Shown: positions 8,676 through 17,632 of the stretch, one piece after another | Layout of the letters: the number at the start of each line of letters is the position of its first letter | Position numbering within the stretch: the stretch's first letter is position 1 | Assembly: GCA_963783315.1 (NCBI GenBank) | Contig: CAWAMZ010000008.1 | Coordinates: 4,023-68,022 of the forward strand | Length of the DNA stretch: 64,000 nt | Direction: 5' to 3' | DNA from: an uncultured Bacteroidales bacterium | GTDB lineage: Bacteria; Bacteroidota; Bacteroidia; Bacteroidales; DASQZP01 | Position numbers and translations under genes: made by a program | The notes under the pieces: model-generated | Databases searched by the model: none | Told to the model about the DNA's origin: nothing | What the model saw: the letters and a program-made list of their open reading frames with translations, nothing else

Positions 8676-9218
8676 TCATGCTGCCAGTGCCTGAATATTT
8701 TCTCTTATCATTTCTTTCAGAAATTTCAGTATCTCCTTTTGATTGACTGATATTTCCCCCAGCAGGTCTCTTACATCACGGGTATCAAAAATGTATGAAT
8801 CCCTGGGAGTGGTATGCTGGTATGTAAAATCAATATCAGGATTTGCTGCAACAAGCAAAACCAGTACACCTGCTATGTCACCCAGGGCAGGACGATCAAT
8901 ATGATGATATCCAAAGACTGCCGTTACCTTTGTTCCTATATCCGGGACTGACTCAATTTTAAAAGATCCCCCGGTACCTTCAGCCCGTTGCTTAAACAGG
9001 GATAAGCCCAGTCCTACCTTCCGGGTTGTTCTGGAAGTATAAAAAGGATCACTGGCCAGCTGCACTTCTGATGTTGTCATGCCTTTCCCGTTGTCATGAA
9101 TCGTAATCCTGAAAATATTATGCTCCGGATCTTCAAGAATGGCAGTTTCAATCAGGGAAGCCCCGGCAACAATTGAATTCTGCGCCAGATCAAGTATGTG
9201 CAATGCCATTTCTTTCAT
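8676..9218 (-). CDS. Small GHKL-type ATPase / kinase-like protein (HATPase_c only)
   Basis: 180 aa. N-box-like HILDLAQNSIVA, G1 DNGKGM, G2 GLGLSL. No HisKA, sensor or receiver domain. The start overlaps the PHP stop (ATGA). Confidence 0.7.
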   Translation of the reverse strand: MKEMALHILDLAQNSIVAGASLIETAILEDPEHNIFRITIHDNGKGMTTSEVQLASDPFYTSRTTRKVGLGLSLFKQRAEGTGGSFKIESVPDIGTKVTAVFGYHHIDRPALGDIAGVLVLLVAANPDIDFTYQHTTPRDSYIFDTRDVRDLLGEISVNQKEILKFLKEMIRENIQALAA

Positions 9219-9949
9219 AACAGTTCAACACTCCTTCCATTAAGGCCTGCCAGGGCCATTTTTATCTCGTTAAAACTTCTTTCTTCCAGGTGAAAACACA
9301 TCTTATTGGTACCTATATCCTGTAAATAATGTGCATCAGAATTTCTTACCAGTGTTGCATCCTGAATTCCCGGCAGGTGTACTGCTGAAGCACAGTTCTG
9401 CCCGGATATCTCAAGTGCATCGTAACTGAAATTTGCCGGAATAAAACCAAGCTGACTGAAAATACTGTTTTTGGCCTTATCAATATGTGCCGGAATACAG
9501 ATACCCTTTAACTGACGGGTCTTTTCCGCTATCTCATCAAGTCCGGCATGCAATGCTGAAATAAGCAACCTCTCTTCAGTTCTGATAATATTTTCATGTT
9601 CATCAACCTCTACCTGATAGCCAAACAGCTCCGGCCTGTTATTCACAACAGGCAAATGGTTATCCAGAAATACCTGAAAATCATTTAATATTTCCCAGTT
9701 TTCAAAGAACACCAGGCAATGCACCTCTTCCCGGGTATTCACTTCAGTGCCCATCAGAACCATAATATCCTCCCTCCCTGCCAGCTCAGCCACCACCTGA
9801 TTATGTCCGGTAGCATTATGATCAGTGATGCCGATAATATCCAGTTTTTGTTCCTTTGCACGCCTGACAATATTCACCGGACTCATCTCCAGATCTCCGC
9901 AGGGTGAGAGTACAGTATGTATATGTATGTCGGCGGTAAATTTTTTCAT
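9215..9949 (-). CDS. PHP-domain phosphoesterase
   Basis: 244 aa. PHP metal motifs HIHTVLSPCGD and ITDHN, plus later His/Asp residues. Confidence 0.75.
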   Translation of the reverse strand: MKKFTADIHIHTVLSPCGDLEMSPVNIVRRAKEQKLDIIGITDHNATGHNQVVAELAGREDIMVLMGTEVNTREEVHCLVFFENWEILNDFQVFLDNHLPVVNNRPELFGYQVEVDEHENIIRTEERLLISALHAGLDEIAEKTRQLKGICIPAHIDKAKNSIFSQLGFIPANFSYDALEISGQNCASAVHLPGIQDATLVRNSDAHYLQDIGTNKMCFHLEERSFNEIKMALAGLNGRSVELL

Positions 9950-10278
9950 TTCAGCAGGTTATAGAGTTTTCCGGCTGTTTCAAATGTCGCATCCGTTGTT
10001 CCCAGCACAGGAATTCCTTCATCACCGGCATGCTTCAGCATATCTTCCTCTGGCTGAAAACCTTTGACCAGTATTACTGAAGAGAGATCTTTCAACGATG
10101 CAATAGCCGCCACATTTTTATGAGTTTGCAGGGTTATCCAGACCTCTCCTTCACTGGCGTTTCCCATCACATCACTCAACAGGTCGGAAACATATCCTCC
10201 CTTTACTTCCCTTTCCAATCCACTCTCACCACCATATACCCGGAGATGAAGCTGTTTTACAAGATCAGATACTTTCAT
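9946..10278 (-). CDS. DRTGG-domain protein
   Basis: 110 aa. SDLLSDVMGNASEGEVWITLQTHKNVAAIASL... matches stand-alone DRTGG proteins found next to clostridial hydrogenase genes (from memory). Confidence 0.7.
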   Translation of the reverse strand: MKVSDLVKQLHLRVYGGESGLEREVKGGYVSDLLSDVMGNASEGEVWITLQTHKNVAAIASLKDLSSVILVKGFQPEEDMLKHAGDEGIPVLGTTDATFETAGKLYNLLK

Positions 10279-11650
10279 GATCCGCTCCTTTCTTATTACA
10301 ATTTTTATTCAACCGGTCCTTCCCCCAGATCTCTTCAATAATATCCAGGGCGTGCTCCGGACTCAGTTTGTGATTTATTTCCATTACTTTCTGGAGAAAA
10401 ACACAATGAGATATATTGGCATTTCCCTGTACAACATCTTCAGCAAGAGCCTGACAGGTAGGTGCTCCACATCCACCACAATCAAACCCGGGTAAAAAAC
10501 ACATGATATGCCGCTGCTTTTTCATTTTTTCCATTGCTACGCTCAGATCCTGATCGAGCTGCATTGAAGAACGGGGGTCCACTTTATCCAGCTTTATATG
10601 CTTAATCAGATAATTGCGGTAATTATCAATATCTCTGGCAGAATAACTGTCATCAGGTGTTTTTATGCTGTTTGCAGCTCTGTTTCTGAGTCTTTCAACA
10701 GTGAGAAATTTATTGCCCGAGGTAAGAATACCACCGGCACAACTTTCATCACATGCCCGCATTTCCAGAAAATCAACTCCTTTGATCTCCCCGTTTTCAA
10801 TCTTTTCCAGGAATTCAATCACGCTGTGAATGCCATCAATTGCCAGCGATCGCTTTCCTGTGGCTGAGGCCTCTCCGTGTGTAAGCGACCACAGCATTTC
10901 CCTGTCAGTCAGCTGTGAATGGTCTGCTATTTTATGATTGCCTGTTGTTCCTTTTTTAATTCGTTTATACAGCCTGTTGTATACTGAGTTCATGTTAATC
11001 ACCCCGTTAAAAGGCGACTGGTTTTCTCCTACCGGACTTTTGATAGCTGCAATTTTGGCAGCACATGGGGTGACATAAAACAAACCAATCTCTTCCTTCC
11101 TGTATCCCTCATTTAGTAATTTTTTGCGGTAATAGGCTGCAGCAATATCCAGTGGCGGCTTTAGCAATACAATATTTTCAACCAGAGATGGAAAATTCAC
11201 CTGTATCAAACGCACAACAGCCGGACAGAAAGCAGAAATAAGGGGCCGGTGTTCTCTGTGATCTTCAAGATATTTGTTTAGTTCACTGCTCAAAAGATCG
11301 ACACAGTTTTCAATCTCGTATACATGAGTAAATCCCAGTTCATAAAGGGTCTGGTATATAATTTCAATATTAATTTCTTCAGGGAACTGTCCGGTAAGTA
11401 CAGCGGGCATCAATGCAACACGGCAGGAGTAGGAGAAAATACTGCTGAAATCATCTTCTTCGACATAGATGGCTGAAACCGGACAAACACGATAACACTG
11501 TCCACAGTCGATACATTTATTATTGTATATATTGGCTTTACCATGTTTCACACGAATTGCCTCCGTTGGGCAGACACTCATGCAGTGAGCACAGCCAATA
11601 CAGTTATCTTCCTGTACTTTTAACGCATGGTGAAAAATGATCTTTTCCAT
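10265..11650 (-). CDS. [FeFe]-hydrogenase-like H-cluster-domain protein, putative sensory (HydS-like)
   Basis: 461 aa. 2x[4Fe-4S] (CIGCAHCMSVCP, CIDCGQCYRVCP). Degenerate H-cluster motifs SAFCPAV, TPCAAK and EMRACDESCAGG. C-terminal CGGCGAPTC-x16-C (Cx2Cx4Cx16C). Confidence 0.8.
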   Translation of the reverse strand: MEKIIFHHALKVQEDNCIGCAHCMSVCPTEAIRVKHGKANIYNNKCIDCGQCYRVCPVSAIYVEEDDFSSIFSYSCRVALMPAVLTGQFPEEINIEIIYQTLYELGFTHVYEIENCVDLLSSELNKYLEDHREHRPLISAFCPAVVRLIQVNFPSLVENIVLLKPPLDIAAAYYRKKLLNEGYRKEEIGLFYVTPCAAKIAAIKSPVGENQSPFNGVINMNSVYNRLYKRIKKGTTGNHKIADHSQLTDREMLWSLTHGEASATGKRSLAIDGIHSVIEFLEKIENGEIKGVDFLEMRACDESCAGGILTSGNKFLTVERLRNRAANSIKTPDDSYSARDIDNYRNYLIKHIKLDKVDPRSSMQLDQDLSVAMEKMKKQRHIMCFLPGFDCGGCGAPTCQALAEDVVQGNANISHCVFLQKVMEINHKLSPEHALDIIEEIWGKDRLNKNCNKKGADHESI

Positions 11651-11651
11651 A

Positions 11652-12080
11652 TCAGCCAGCTTGCTGTTTTAAATAATGTAATATCTGAACGCGGGTACCC
11701 GAACCCGGCTTTGATGTTACAATAAGCTCATCCGAATTCCTTTTTATATTCGGGAGCCCCATACCTGCGCCAAATCCCATCTCACGTACCTGCCGGGAAG
11801 CTGTTGAAAAGCCTTCCTGCATAGCCTGATCAATATCTGCAATACCAGGTCCTTCATCCTCAATAACGATGGTAATTTTTGCTGTATCTATATCTACATT
11901 TATAATACCGTGGTAAGCGTGAGCAACCACATTTACCTCTGCTTCGTAAAGAGCCACCACAATTTTTTTGATCAGTCTGAAATCGATATTCAATTGCTTA
12001 AGTATTTTTTTCAGATGACTTGAGGCTACACCTGCATTTGTAAAATCACCACCGTTAATCTGATATTCAAAATGCATCAT
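11652..12080 (-). CDS. RsbW/SpoIIAB-like anti-sigma-type Ser kinase fold (HATPase_c only)
   Basis: 142 aa. EAEVNVVAHAY (N box), EDEGPGI (G1), GFGAGMGLPNI (G2). Confidence 0.7.
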   Translation of the reverse strand: MMHFEYQINGGDFTNAGVASSHLKKILKQLNIDFRLIKKIVVALYEAEVNVVAHAYHGIINVDIDTAKITIVIEDEGPGIADIDQAMQEGFSTASRQVREMGFGAGMGLPNIKRNSDELIVTSKPGSGTRVQILHYLKQQAG

Positions 12081-12089
12081 GATGGTCCT

Positions 12090-12476
12090 TTAATAAAGCG
12101 GTTTAAAACCGGCACCATAGAGGATACCAGCGGTTCTGAACATTGAATAACTGCATTCCATCAAAACCATGTTATTTTCAACTGCCAGTTCAATCATTTC
12201 TTTGGTAGCATGCTTGTCCCTTACAAATACTATGTGAGTTATATCGGCCATCTCGGCAGTCCTGACTGCCTGCAGATTGGTCAAACCCGTTATCAGCATT
12301 ATTTCGCTCCCTTCTATGGTCAGCACATCACTCATGAGATCCGAAGCAAAAGCATAATTTACTGTACATTCCATATCCTCACTGCCACATATGATTCTTG
12401 CATTGAGCAGACGGGCAATCTCTCCAATTTTCATTTCCTGTTTTATTCCTGTTAAATCTGAGTTGATTTTCATCAT
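12090..12476 (-). CDS. DRTGG-domain protein (first gene of the operon)
   Basis: About 128 aa, paralogous to 9946-10278 (ASDLMSDVLTIEGSEIMLITGLTNLQAVRTAEMA). The track start at 12479 is TTG; ATGs lie at 12476 and 12473. Confidence 0.65.
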   Translation of the reverse strand: MMKINSDLTGIKQEMKIGEIARLLNARIICGSEDMECTVNYAFASDLMSDVLTIEGSEIMLITGLTNLQAVRTAEMADITHIVFVRDKHATKEMIELAVENNMVLMECSYSMFRTAGILYGAGFKPLY

Positions 12477-12559
12477 CAATTTATACTGGAGCGTTATTTA
12501 TTAAACATCAACTAATCGATTTTTTATTTTCTTATTCCAGGACAAAAGTATATATTCTT

Positions 12560-12594
12560 TTGTTATTTTAATAACATTGTTATCATAATAACAA
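12560..12594. promoter_or_regulatory. Two abutting Rex-like 18-bp palindromes upstream of the [FeFe] operon
   Basis: TTGTTATTTTAATAACAT (12560-12577) and TTGTTATCATAATAACAA (12577-12594; perfect TTGTTA-N6-TAACAA). About 85-118 bp upstream of the ATG at 12476. Confidence 0.45.
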
Positions 12595-12992
12595 TAATAC
12601 ATAATTAATCTAAATAAACGGTATATTTATTTGTTATTAAATGAATTACAGCCAGGTGTGCCCTCGCCTGATACACACCATTACACAGATTGAATGTTCC
12701 GCTTAAAATAAGGTTCTTCAAAATCGATTTTTAAGGAAACAATACCCGGAACAAATTAAAAAGAATCTATAGCTAATCTATTTTAAAACATACTTTTATT
12801 CAATCAATACCTGCATGAAACTAATATTTCACCTGTATTGCCTTAGGAAATATCTCTAAATAACTGATTCATAATTCATTTAAATTTTAAGGTATAAACA
12901 ATGAAATATATATTCCTATCTGTATATCAGCAATTTAAAATCATTCTATATTTAAAAATCATATTGGAAAATATAGAAAAGAAGTTAATTTT

Positions 12993-13010
12993 GTGTGAAA
13001 TAAATAACAG
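12993..13010. promoter_or_regulatory. Rex-like half-degenerate palindrome upstream of hoxF
   Basis: GTGTGAAATAAATAACAG (core TGTGA-N6-TAACA), 63-80 bp upstream of the hoxF ATG. Confidence 0.3.
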
Positions 13011-13072
13011 TAATTAGTAAGTCCAAGTTCCTTTTATTTTATTTTACTTCACTAAATAAAAACAATCTTTTT

Positions 13073-14887
13073 ATGGGAACCAATGTTCAAAATATCATTG
13101 AAAAATTCCACAAGGATCCTACCCGGTTAATGGACATACTCATTGATATACAGGCCGAAATCGGATATATTCCTGAAGAAGCAGTTATTCAAATCTCGCA
13201 GGAACTGGATATTTCCAGGGTGGATGTGGAACAAACAATCTCCTTTTATCATTTTTTCTCCCAGACACCCACAGGTACATTCAACATATACCTGAATAAC
13301 TCTGCAGTAGCCAATATGATGGGCAGAGCTGAGATAGCTTCTACCCTGGAAAAGGAAGCAGGCTGCAAATTCGGGGAAGTGTCTCCGGACGGACTGATTG
13401 GGTTGTTCGATACCAGCTGTATCGGTATGAATGACCAGGAACCGGCAGCCATTATCAACGGAATCATCTTTACCAAGCTTACTCCTTTCCGTATAAAAGA
13501 ACTGGTAAAAGATATTAAATCAGGCAAGAGTACGCACGACCTTTTTGTTGAAAGCTATGGAGACGGCATGAATAATTCCGAGCTGCTTCAGGCTATGGTA
13601 TATAATAATATACGGAAGAAAGGACCGGTTCTTTCAGATGATTACACCCCGGGTATTGTTATCTGGAAACATCTGCCTGCGCTAACGCCTGAAAAAGTAA
13701 TTGAAGAAATTAAATCATCCAACATCAGGGGACGGGGCGGTGCAGGATTTCCAACCGGACTAAAATGGGAATTCTGTCGCAAAGCTCCCGGAGAAAAGAA
13801 ATTCATTTTCTGCAATGCGGATGAAGGCGAACCAGGAACATTTAAAGACCGTGTAATCCTGACTGAACGGCCCAAGCTGCTGTTTGAAGGAATGGTTATC
13901 GCTGCTTATGCAGTGGGCGCATCTGAGGGTATTTTATATCTGCGCTATGAATATAAGTACCTTGAACAGTATCTTGAAGGTATTTTGCAGGGTGCACGCG
14001 ACCGGAACTTGTTGGGTAAGGACATTGGAGGTATTAAGGGATTCGATTTTGACATTCGCATTCAGTTTGGAGCTGGTGCATATGTTTGCGGAGAAGAATC
14101 TGCTCTTATCGAATCGGCAGAGGGTAAGCGTGGTGAACCAAGAGACCGTCCGCCTTTCCCCGTTGAAAAAGGTTACCTGGGCTGTCCTACTGTTGTAAAC
14201 AATGTAGAAACCCTTTGTTCAGCAGTAAAAGTAATGCTTTATGGTGGCAACTGGTATCGTTCATTTGGGACCAGTGATTCTACAGGCACAAAGGTTTTGA
14301 GCATTTCAGGTGACTGCAAATATCCCGGCGTCTATGAAGTTGAGTGGGGATTCAGTGTCAGGAGCATACTTGAAATGGTTGGCGCTGTGCAGGACGAGGT
14401 ACAGGCTGTGCAGGTTGGAGGACCATCAGGGGCTGTGATTGCACCCAATGAATTCGACCGTACTTTATGCTATACCGATCTTTCTACCGGAGGGTCACTG
14501 ATTATTATCGGAAAACAACGTGATCTGCTCAAAGACATTGTCCTGAATTTTTCAGAATTTTTCATGGAGGAATCCTGTGGTTCATGTGTGCCTTGCCGGA
14601 CACTCACAGTGCTATATCGCGACACTCTGAAGAAAATTGTAGATGGCAGGGGTACCCGTAAAGATGTAGAAGACATGATCAGTTGGGGAAAGATTATGAA
14701 AGCAAACAGATGTGGACTCGGACAAACGGCTGCCAACCCGGTCCTGTCCAGCATTAAAAACTTCAGGGAACTTTATGAAGAAAGATTACTGCCCGGCAAT
14801 GGATTTGAAAGTAATTTTGATCTCGAAGAGGCAGTAAAGGAATCCTGCGAAGTTACCCACCGAAGTCCAATCATTAAAGAAGCATAA
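13073..14887 (+). CDS. hoxF: NAD-reducing [NiFe]-hydrogenase diaphorase subunit HoxF (NuoE-like plus NuoF-like)
   Basis: 604 aa. GRGGAGFPTGLKWE, ESCGSCVPCR and an N-terminal NuoE-like domain. Confidence 0.9.
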   Translation: MGTNVQNIIEKFHKDPTRLMDILIDIQAEIGYIPEEAVIQISQELDISRVDVEQTISFYHFFSQTPTGTFNIYLNNSAVANMMGRAEIASTLEKEAGCKFGEVSPDGLIGLFDTSCIGMNDQEPAAIINGIIFTKLTPFRIKELVKDIKSGKSTHDLFVESYGDGMNNSELLQAMVYNNIRKKGPVLSDDYTPGIVIWKHLPALTPEKVIEEIKSSNIRGRGGAGFPTGLKWEFCRKAPGEKKFIFCNADEGEPGTFKDRVILTERPKLLFEGMVIAAYAVGASEGILYLRYEYKYLEQYLEGILQGARDRNLLGKDIGGIKGFDFDIRIQFGAGAYVCGEESALIESAEGKRGEPRDRPPFPVEKGYLGCPTVVNNVETLCSAVKVMLYGGNWYRSFGTSDSTGTKVLSISGDCKYPGVYEVEWGFSVRSILEMVGAVQDEVQAVQVGGPSGAVIAPNEFDRTLCYTDLSTGGSLIIIGKQRDLLKDIVLNFSEFFMEESCGSCVPCRTLTVLYRDTLKKIVDGRGTRKDVEDMISWGKIMKANRCGLGQTAANPVLSSIKNFRELYEERLLPGNGFESNFDLEEAVKESCEVTHRSPIIKEA

Positions 14888-14890
14888 ATC

Positions 14891-15604
14891 ATGAATAAAC
14901 TGATTAAACTTAATATCGACGGCAAGGAATGCATGGCTACCAAAGGGCAGTATATTGTTGAAGCGGCTCGTGAAAATGACATTTACATTCCAACCCTTTG
15001 CAATATTCCAAATCTGAAACCACGCGGAGCCTGCCGTATCTGTACTGTAAATGTAAACGGCAAACCCATGACATCCTGTACAACTCCCGTTTCCGAAGGA
15101 ATGGTAGTAGAAACAGCCCTGCCTGAGATTATTGATCTAAGAAAATCAATTGTAGAACTGTTGTTTGTGGAAGGAAATCACTTTTGTCCTTCTTGCGAAA
15201 GAAGCGGAAATTGTGAATTGCAGGCCCTGGCCTACCGTTTCAGAATGATGGTGCCCAGGTTTCCTTACCGGTTTCAGCAGCGAAACATCGAAGCTAATAA
15301 TTCAAAACTTATCAAGGATCATAACCGCTGCATTCTTTGTAAACGCTGTATCAGAGCAATCAAGGACGATGAAGGCAGGGGTATCTTTGCCTTCAAACGG
15401 AGAGGACATCAGGTAGAGATCAGTATTGATCCTGAACTGGCAAAGAACCTGACAGATGAGCTTGCCGACAGGGCCGCCGAAATTTGTCCAGTGGGAGCTT
15501 TGCTGAGGAAGGAAAAAGGATATGAGATCCCGATTGGGGAACGAAAATATGACAAAAATCCCATTGGAAGTGAAATAGAAAAATTCGCACATTCAAAACC
15601 ATAA
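14891..15604 (+). CDS. hoxU: Diaphorase Fe-S subunit HoxU (NuoG N-terminal-like)
   Basis: 237 aa. 2Fe-2S (CNIPNLKPRGACRIC...C) and 4Fe-4S motifs (CPSCERSGNC, CILCKRC). Confidence 0.9.
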   Translation: MNKLIKLNIDGKECMATKGQYIVEAARENDIYIPTLCNIPNLKPRGACRICTVNVNGKPMTSCTTPVSEGMVVETALPEIIDLRKSIVELLFVEGNHFCPSCERSGNCELQALAYRFRMMVPRFPYRFQQRNIEANNSKLIKDHNRCILCKRCIRAIKDDEGRGIFAFKRRGHQVEISIDPELAKNLTDELADRAAEICPVGALLRKEKGYEIPIGERKYDKNPIGSEIEKFAHSKP

Positions 15605-15616
15605 AAAAGAATTATC

Positions 15617-16165
15617 ATGAGCAAAGCTATAGTTGCGACTACCTCTCTGGCCGGATGTTTCGGATGTCACATGTCTCTGCTGGACATTGACGAGAAAATT
15701 CTTGATCTTATTGAACTGGTTGAATTTAACAAATCCCCAATCAATGATATCAAGACATTTACCAAAGATTGTGATATTGGCCTTATTGAGGGAGGTTGTT
15801 GCAATTCAGAGAATGTACACGTATTAAAAGAATTTCGTAAAAGGTGTAAGATCCTGATTTCGGTAGGTGAATGTGCAATAATGGGTGGATTACCGGCCAT
15901 GCGCAACGGCATCCCGGTCAGGGAATGTCTGGAAGAAGCATACCTGAATGGCCCTTCGGTTCTGTCTAATACAGAAAAAATCATGCCCAATGATGAAGAG
16001 CTGCCCATGATACTGGACAAAGTATATCCCTGTCATGAGCTGGTAAAGATCGATTACTTTCTGCCAGGCTGTCCTCCCAGAGCCGGATTGATCTGGGACG
16101 CCTTAACCGCCCTGCTTACCGGCAAAGAGATGGAGTTACCCTATGAAGTTGTTAAATTTGATTAA
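15617..16165 (+). CDS. hoxY: [NiFe]-hydrogenase small subunit HoxY
   Basis: 182 aa. GCFGCHMS proximal-cluster motif, later GECA and GCPP. Confidence 0.9.
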   Translation: MSKAIVATTSLAGCFGCHMSLLDIDEKILDLIELVEFNKSPINDIKTFTKDCDIGLIEGGCCNSENVHVLKEFRKRCKILISVGECAIMGGLPAMRNGIPVRECLEEAYLNGPSVLSNTEKIMPNDEELPMILDKVYPCHELVKIDYFLPGCPPRAGLIWDALTALLTGKEMELPYEVVKFD

Positions 16166-16176
16166 TTGAAAGAACA

Positions 16177-17628
16177 ATGGCACAAAAGATTACAATAGAA
16201 CCGGTTACCAGAGTTGAAGGACACGGTAAAGTAACCATACATCTGGATGACCAGCACCGTATCACCCAGACAAGACTACATATCGTTGAATTCCGGGGTT
16301 TTGAAAGGTTTATCCAGGGGCGTCCTTACTGGGAAGCTCCCGTACTGGTTCAAAGACTGTGCGGGATTTGCCCGGTCAGCCATCACCTGGCATCCGCCAA
16401 AGCAATGGATGTGATAGTAGGAGCCGGCACTGGTGACGGCCTTACTCCTACCGGAGAGAAAATGCGACGACTGATGCATTATGGCCAGATATTTCAGTCA
16501 CATGCGCTTCATTTTTTCCATCTTGCCTCTCCTGATCTCCTATTTGGTATCGACAGTGATCCGGCTACCAGAAATGTGATTGGGGTCGCAATGAAACACA
16601 AAGACCTGGCCGTTCAGGGGGTCATGATGCGTAAATTCGGTCAGGAAATAATTGAAGCAACCGCAGGAAAGAAAATTCATGGCACCGGAGCCATTCCAGG
16701 GGGCATCAATAAACACCTTACCAAAGAGGAAAAGGATAAATTCTTAAATGGTCCGGATCCGATGAACATTGATAAGATGATTGAATGGTCCCAGGGTGCA
16801 CTTGCTTTCTTTAAGGAATACCACAAGCAAAATAAAGCCGTAATTGACCAGTTTTTTGAATTTCCTTCCAGCTATCTCAGTCTGGTCAGGAAAGATGGAG
16901 CACTTGACCTGTATCATGGTGTGATAAGGGCAGTTGACAGCGAAGGAAAGAAAATTCTTCACGATGTTGACTATCAAAACTACCTTGATTATATTGATGA
17001 AGAAGTACGGTCCTGGAGCTACATGAAATTTCCGTATCTGAAACAACTTGGAAAAAAGGATGGCTCCTACACAGTAGGTCCGCTTGCCCGTATGAACACT
17101 ATTGATTTTATTCCATCACCGCTGGCTCAGAAAGAGTTTGAAATTTTCAGGTCCTATGCAAACGGCAAACCAAGCAATCGTCCGATGCACCAGCACTGGG
17201 CCAGGCTGATCGAAATGCTTCATTCGGCAGAAATGATGAAGCAATTATTGAATGACCAGGATCTGTTAACCGGCGAACTGGTTACCAAAGGAATAAAAAC
17301 AAATGAGGGTGTTGGACTCCTGGAAGCGCCACGGGGTACTCTTTTCCATCATTACCGGATCAATCAGGATGACCAGATTGAGATGGCCAACCTGATTGTA
17401 TCTACTACCAATAACAATGAAGCCATGAATAAGGCAGTCAACATGGTAGCTAATAAAACAATGACAGGAGAGGCTAAAATCACTGAAGGAATGATGAATG
17501 CGGTAGAAGTAGCCATCCGTTCTTATGACCCGTGTTTAAGCTGTGCCACACATGCACTTGGCCAAATGCCGCTGGAAATATCTCTCTTTAACAGCAGGGA
17601 CGAATTAATTGATGTCCGCAGAAAATAA
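16177..17628 (+). CDS. hoxH: [NiFe]-hydrogenase large subunit HoxH (group 3d-like)
   Basis: 483 aa. N-terminal RLCGICPVSHH and C-terminal DPCLSCATH, followed by a cleavable extension. Confidence 0.95.
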   Translation: MAQKITIEPVTRVEGHGKVTIHLDDQHRITQTRLHIVEFRGFERFIQGRPYWEAPVLVQRLCGICPVSHHLASAKAMDVIVGAGTGDGLTPTGEKMRRLMHYGQIFQSHALHFFHLASPDLLFGIDSDPATRNVIGVAMKHKDLAVQGVMMRKFGQEIIEATAGKKIHGTGAIPGGINKHLTKEEKDKFLNGPDPMNIDKMIEWSQGALAFFKEYHKQNKAVIDQFFEFPSSYLSLVRKDGALDLYHGVIRAVDSEGKKILHDVDYQNYLDYIDEEVRSWSYMKFPYLKQLGKKDGSYTVGPLARMNTIDFIPSPLAQKEFEIFRSYANGKPSNRPMHQHWARLIEMLHSAEMMKQLLNDQDLLTGELVTKGIKTNEGVGLLEAPRGTLFHHYRINQDDQIEMANLIVSTTNNNEAMNKAVNMVANKTMTGEAKITEGMMNAVEVAIRSYDPCLSCATHALGQMPLEISLFNSRDELIDVRRK

Positions 17629-17632
17629 TACA

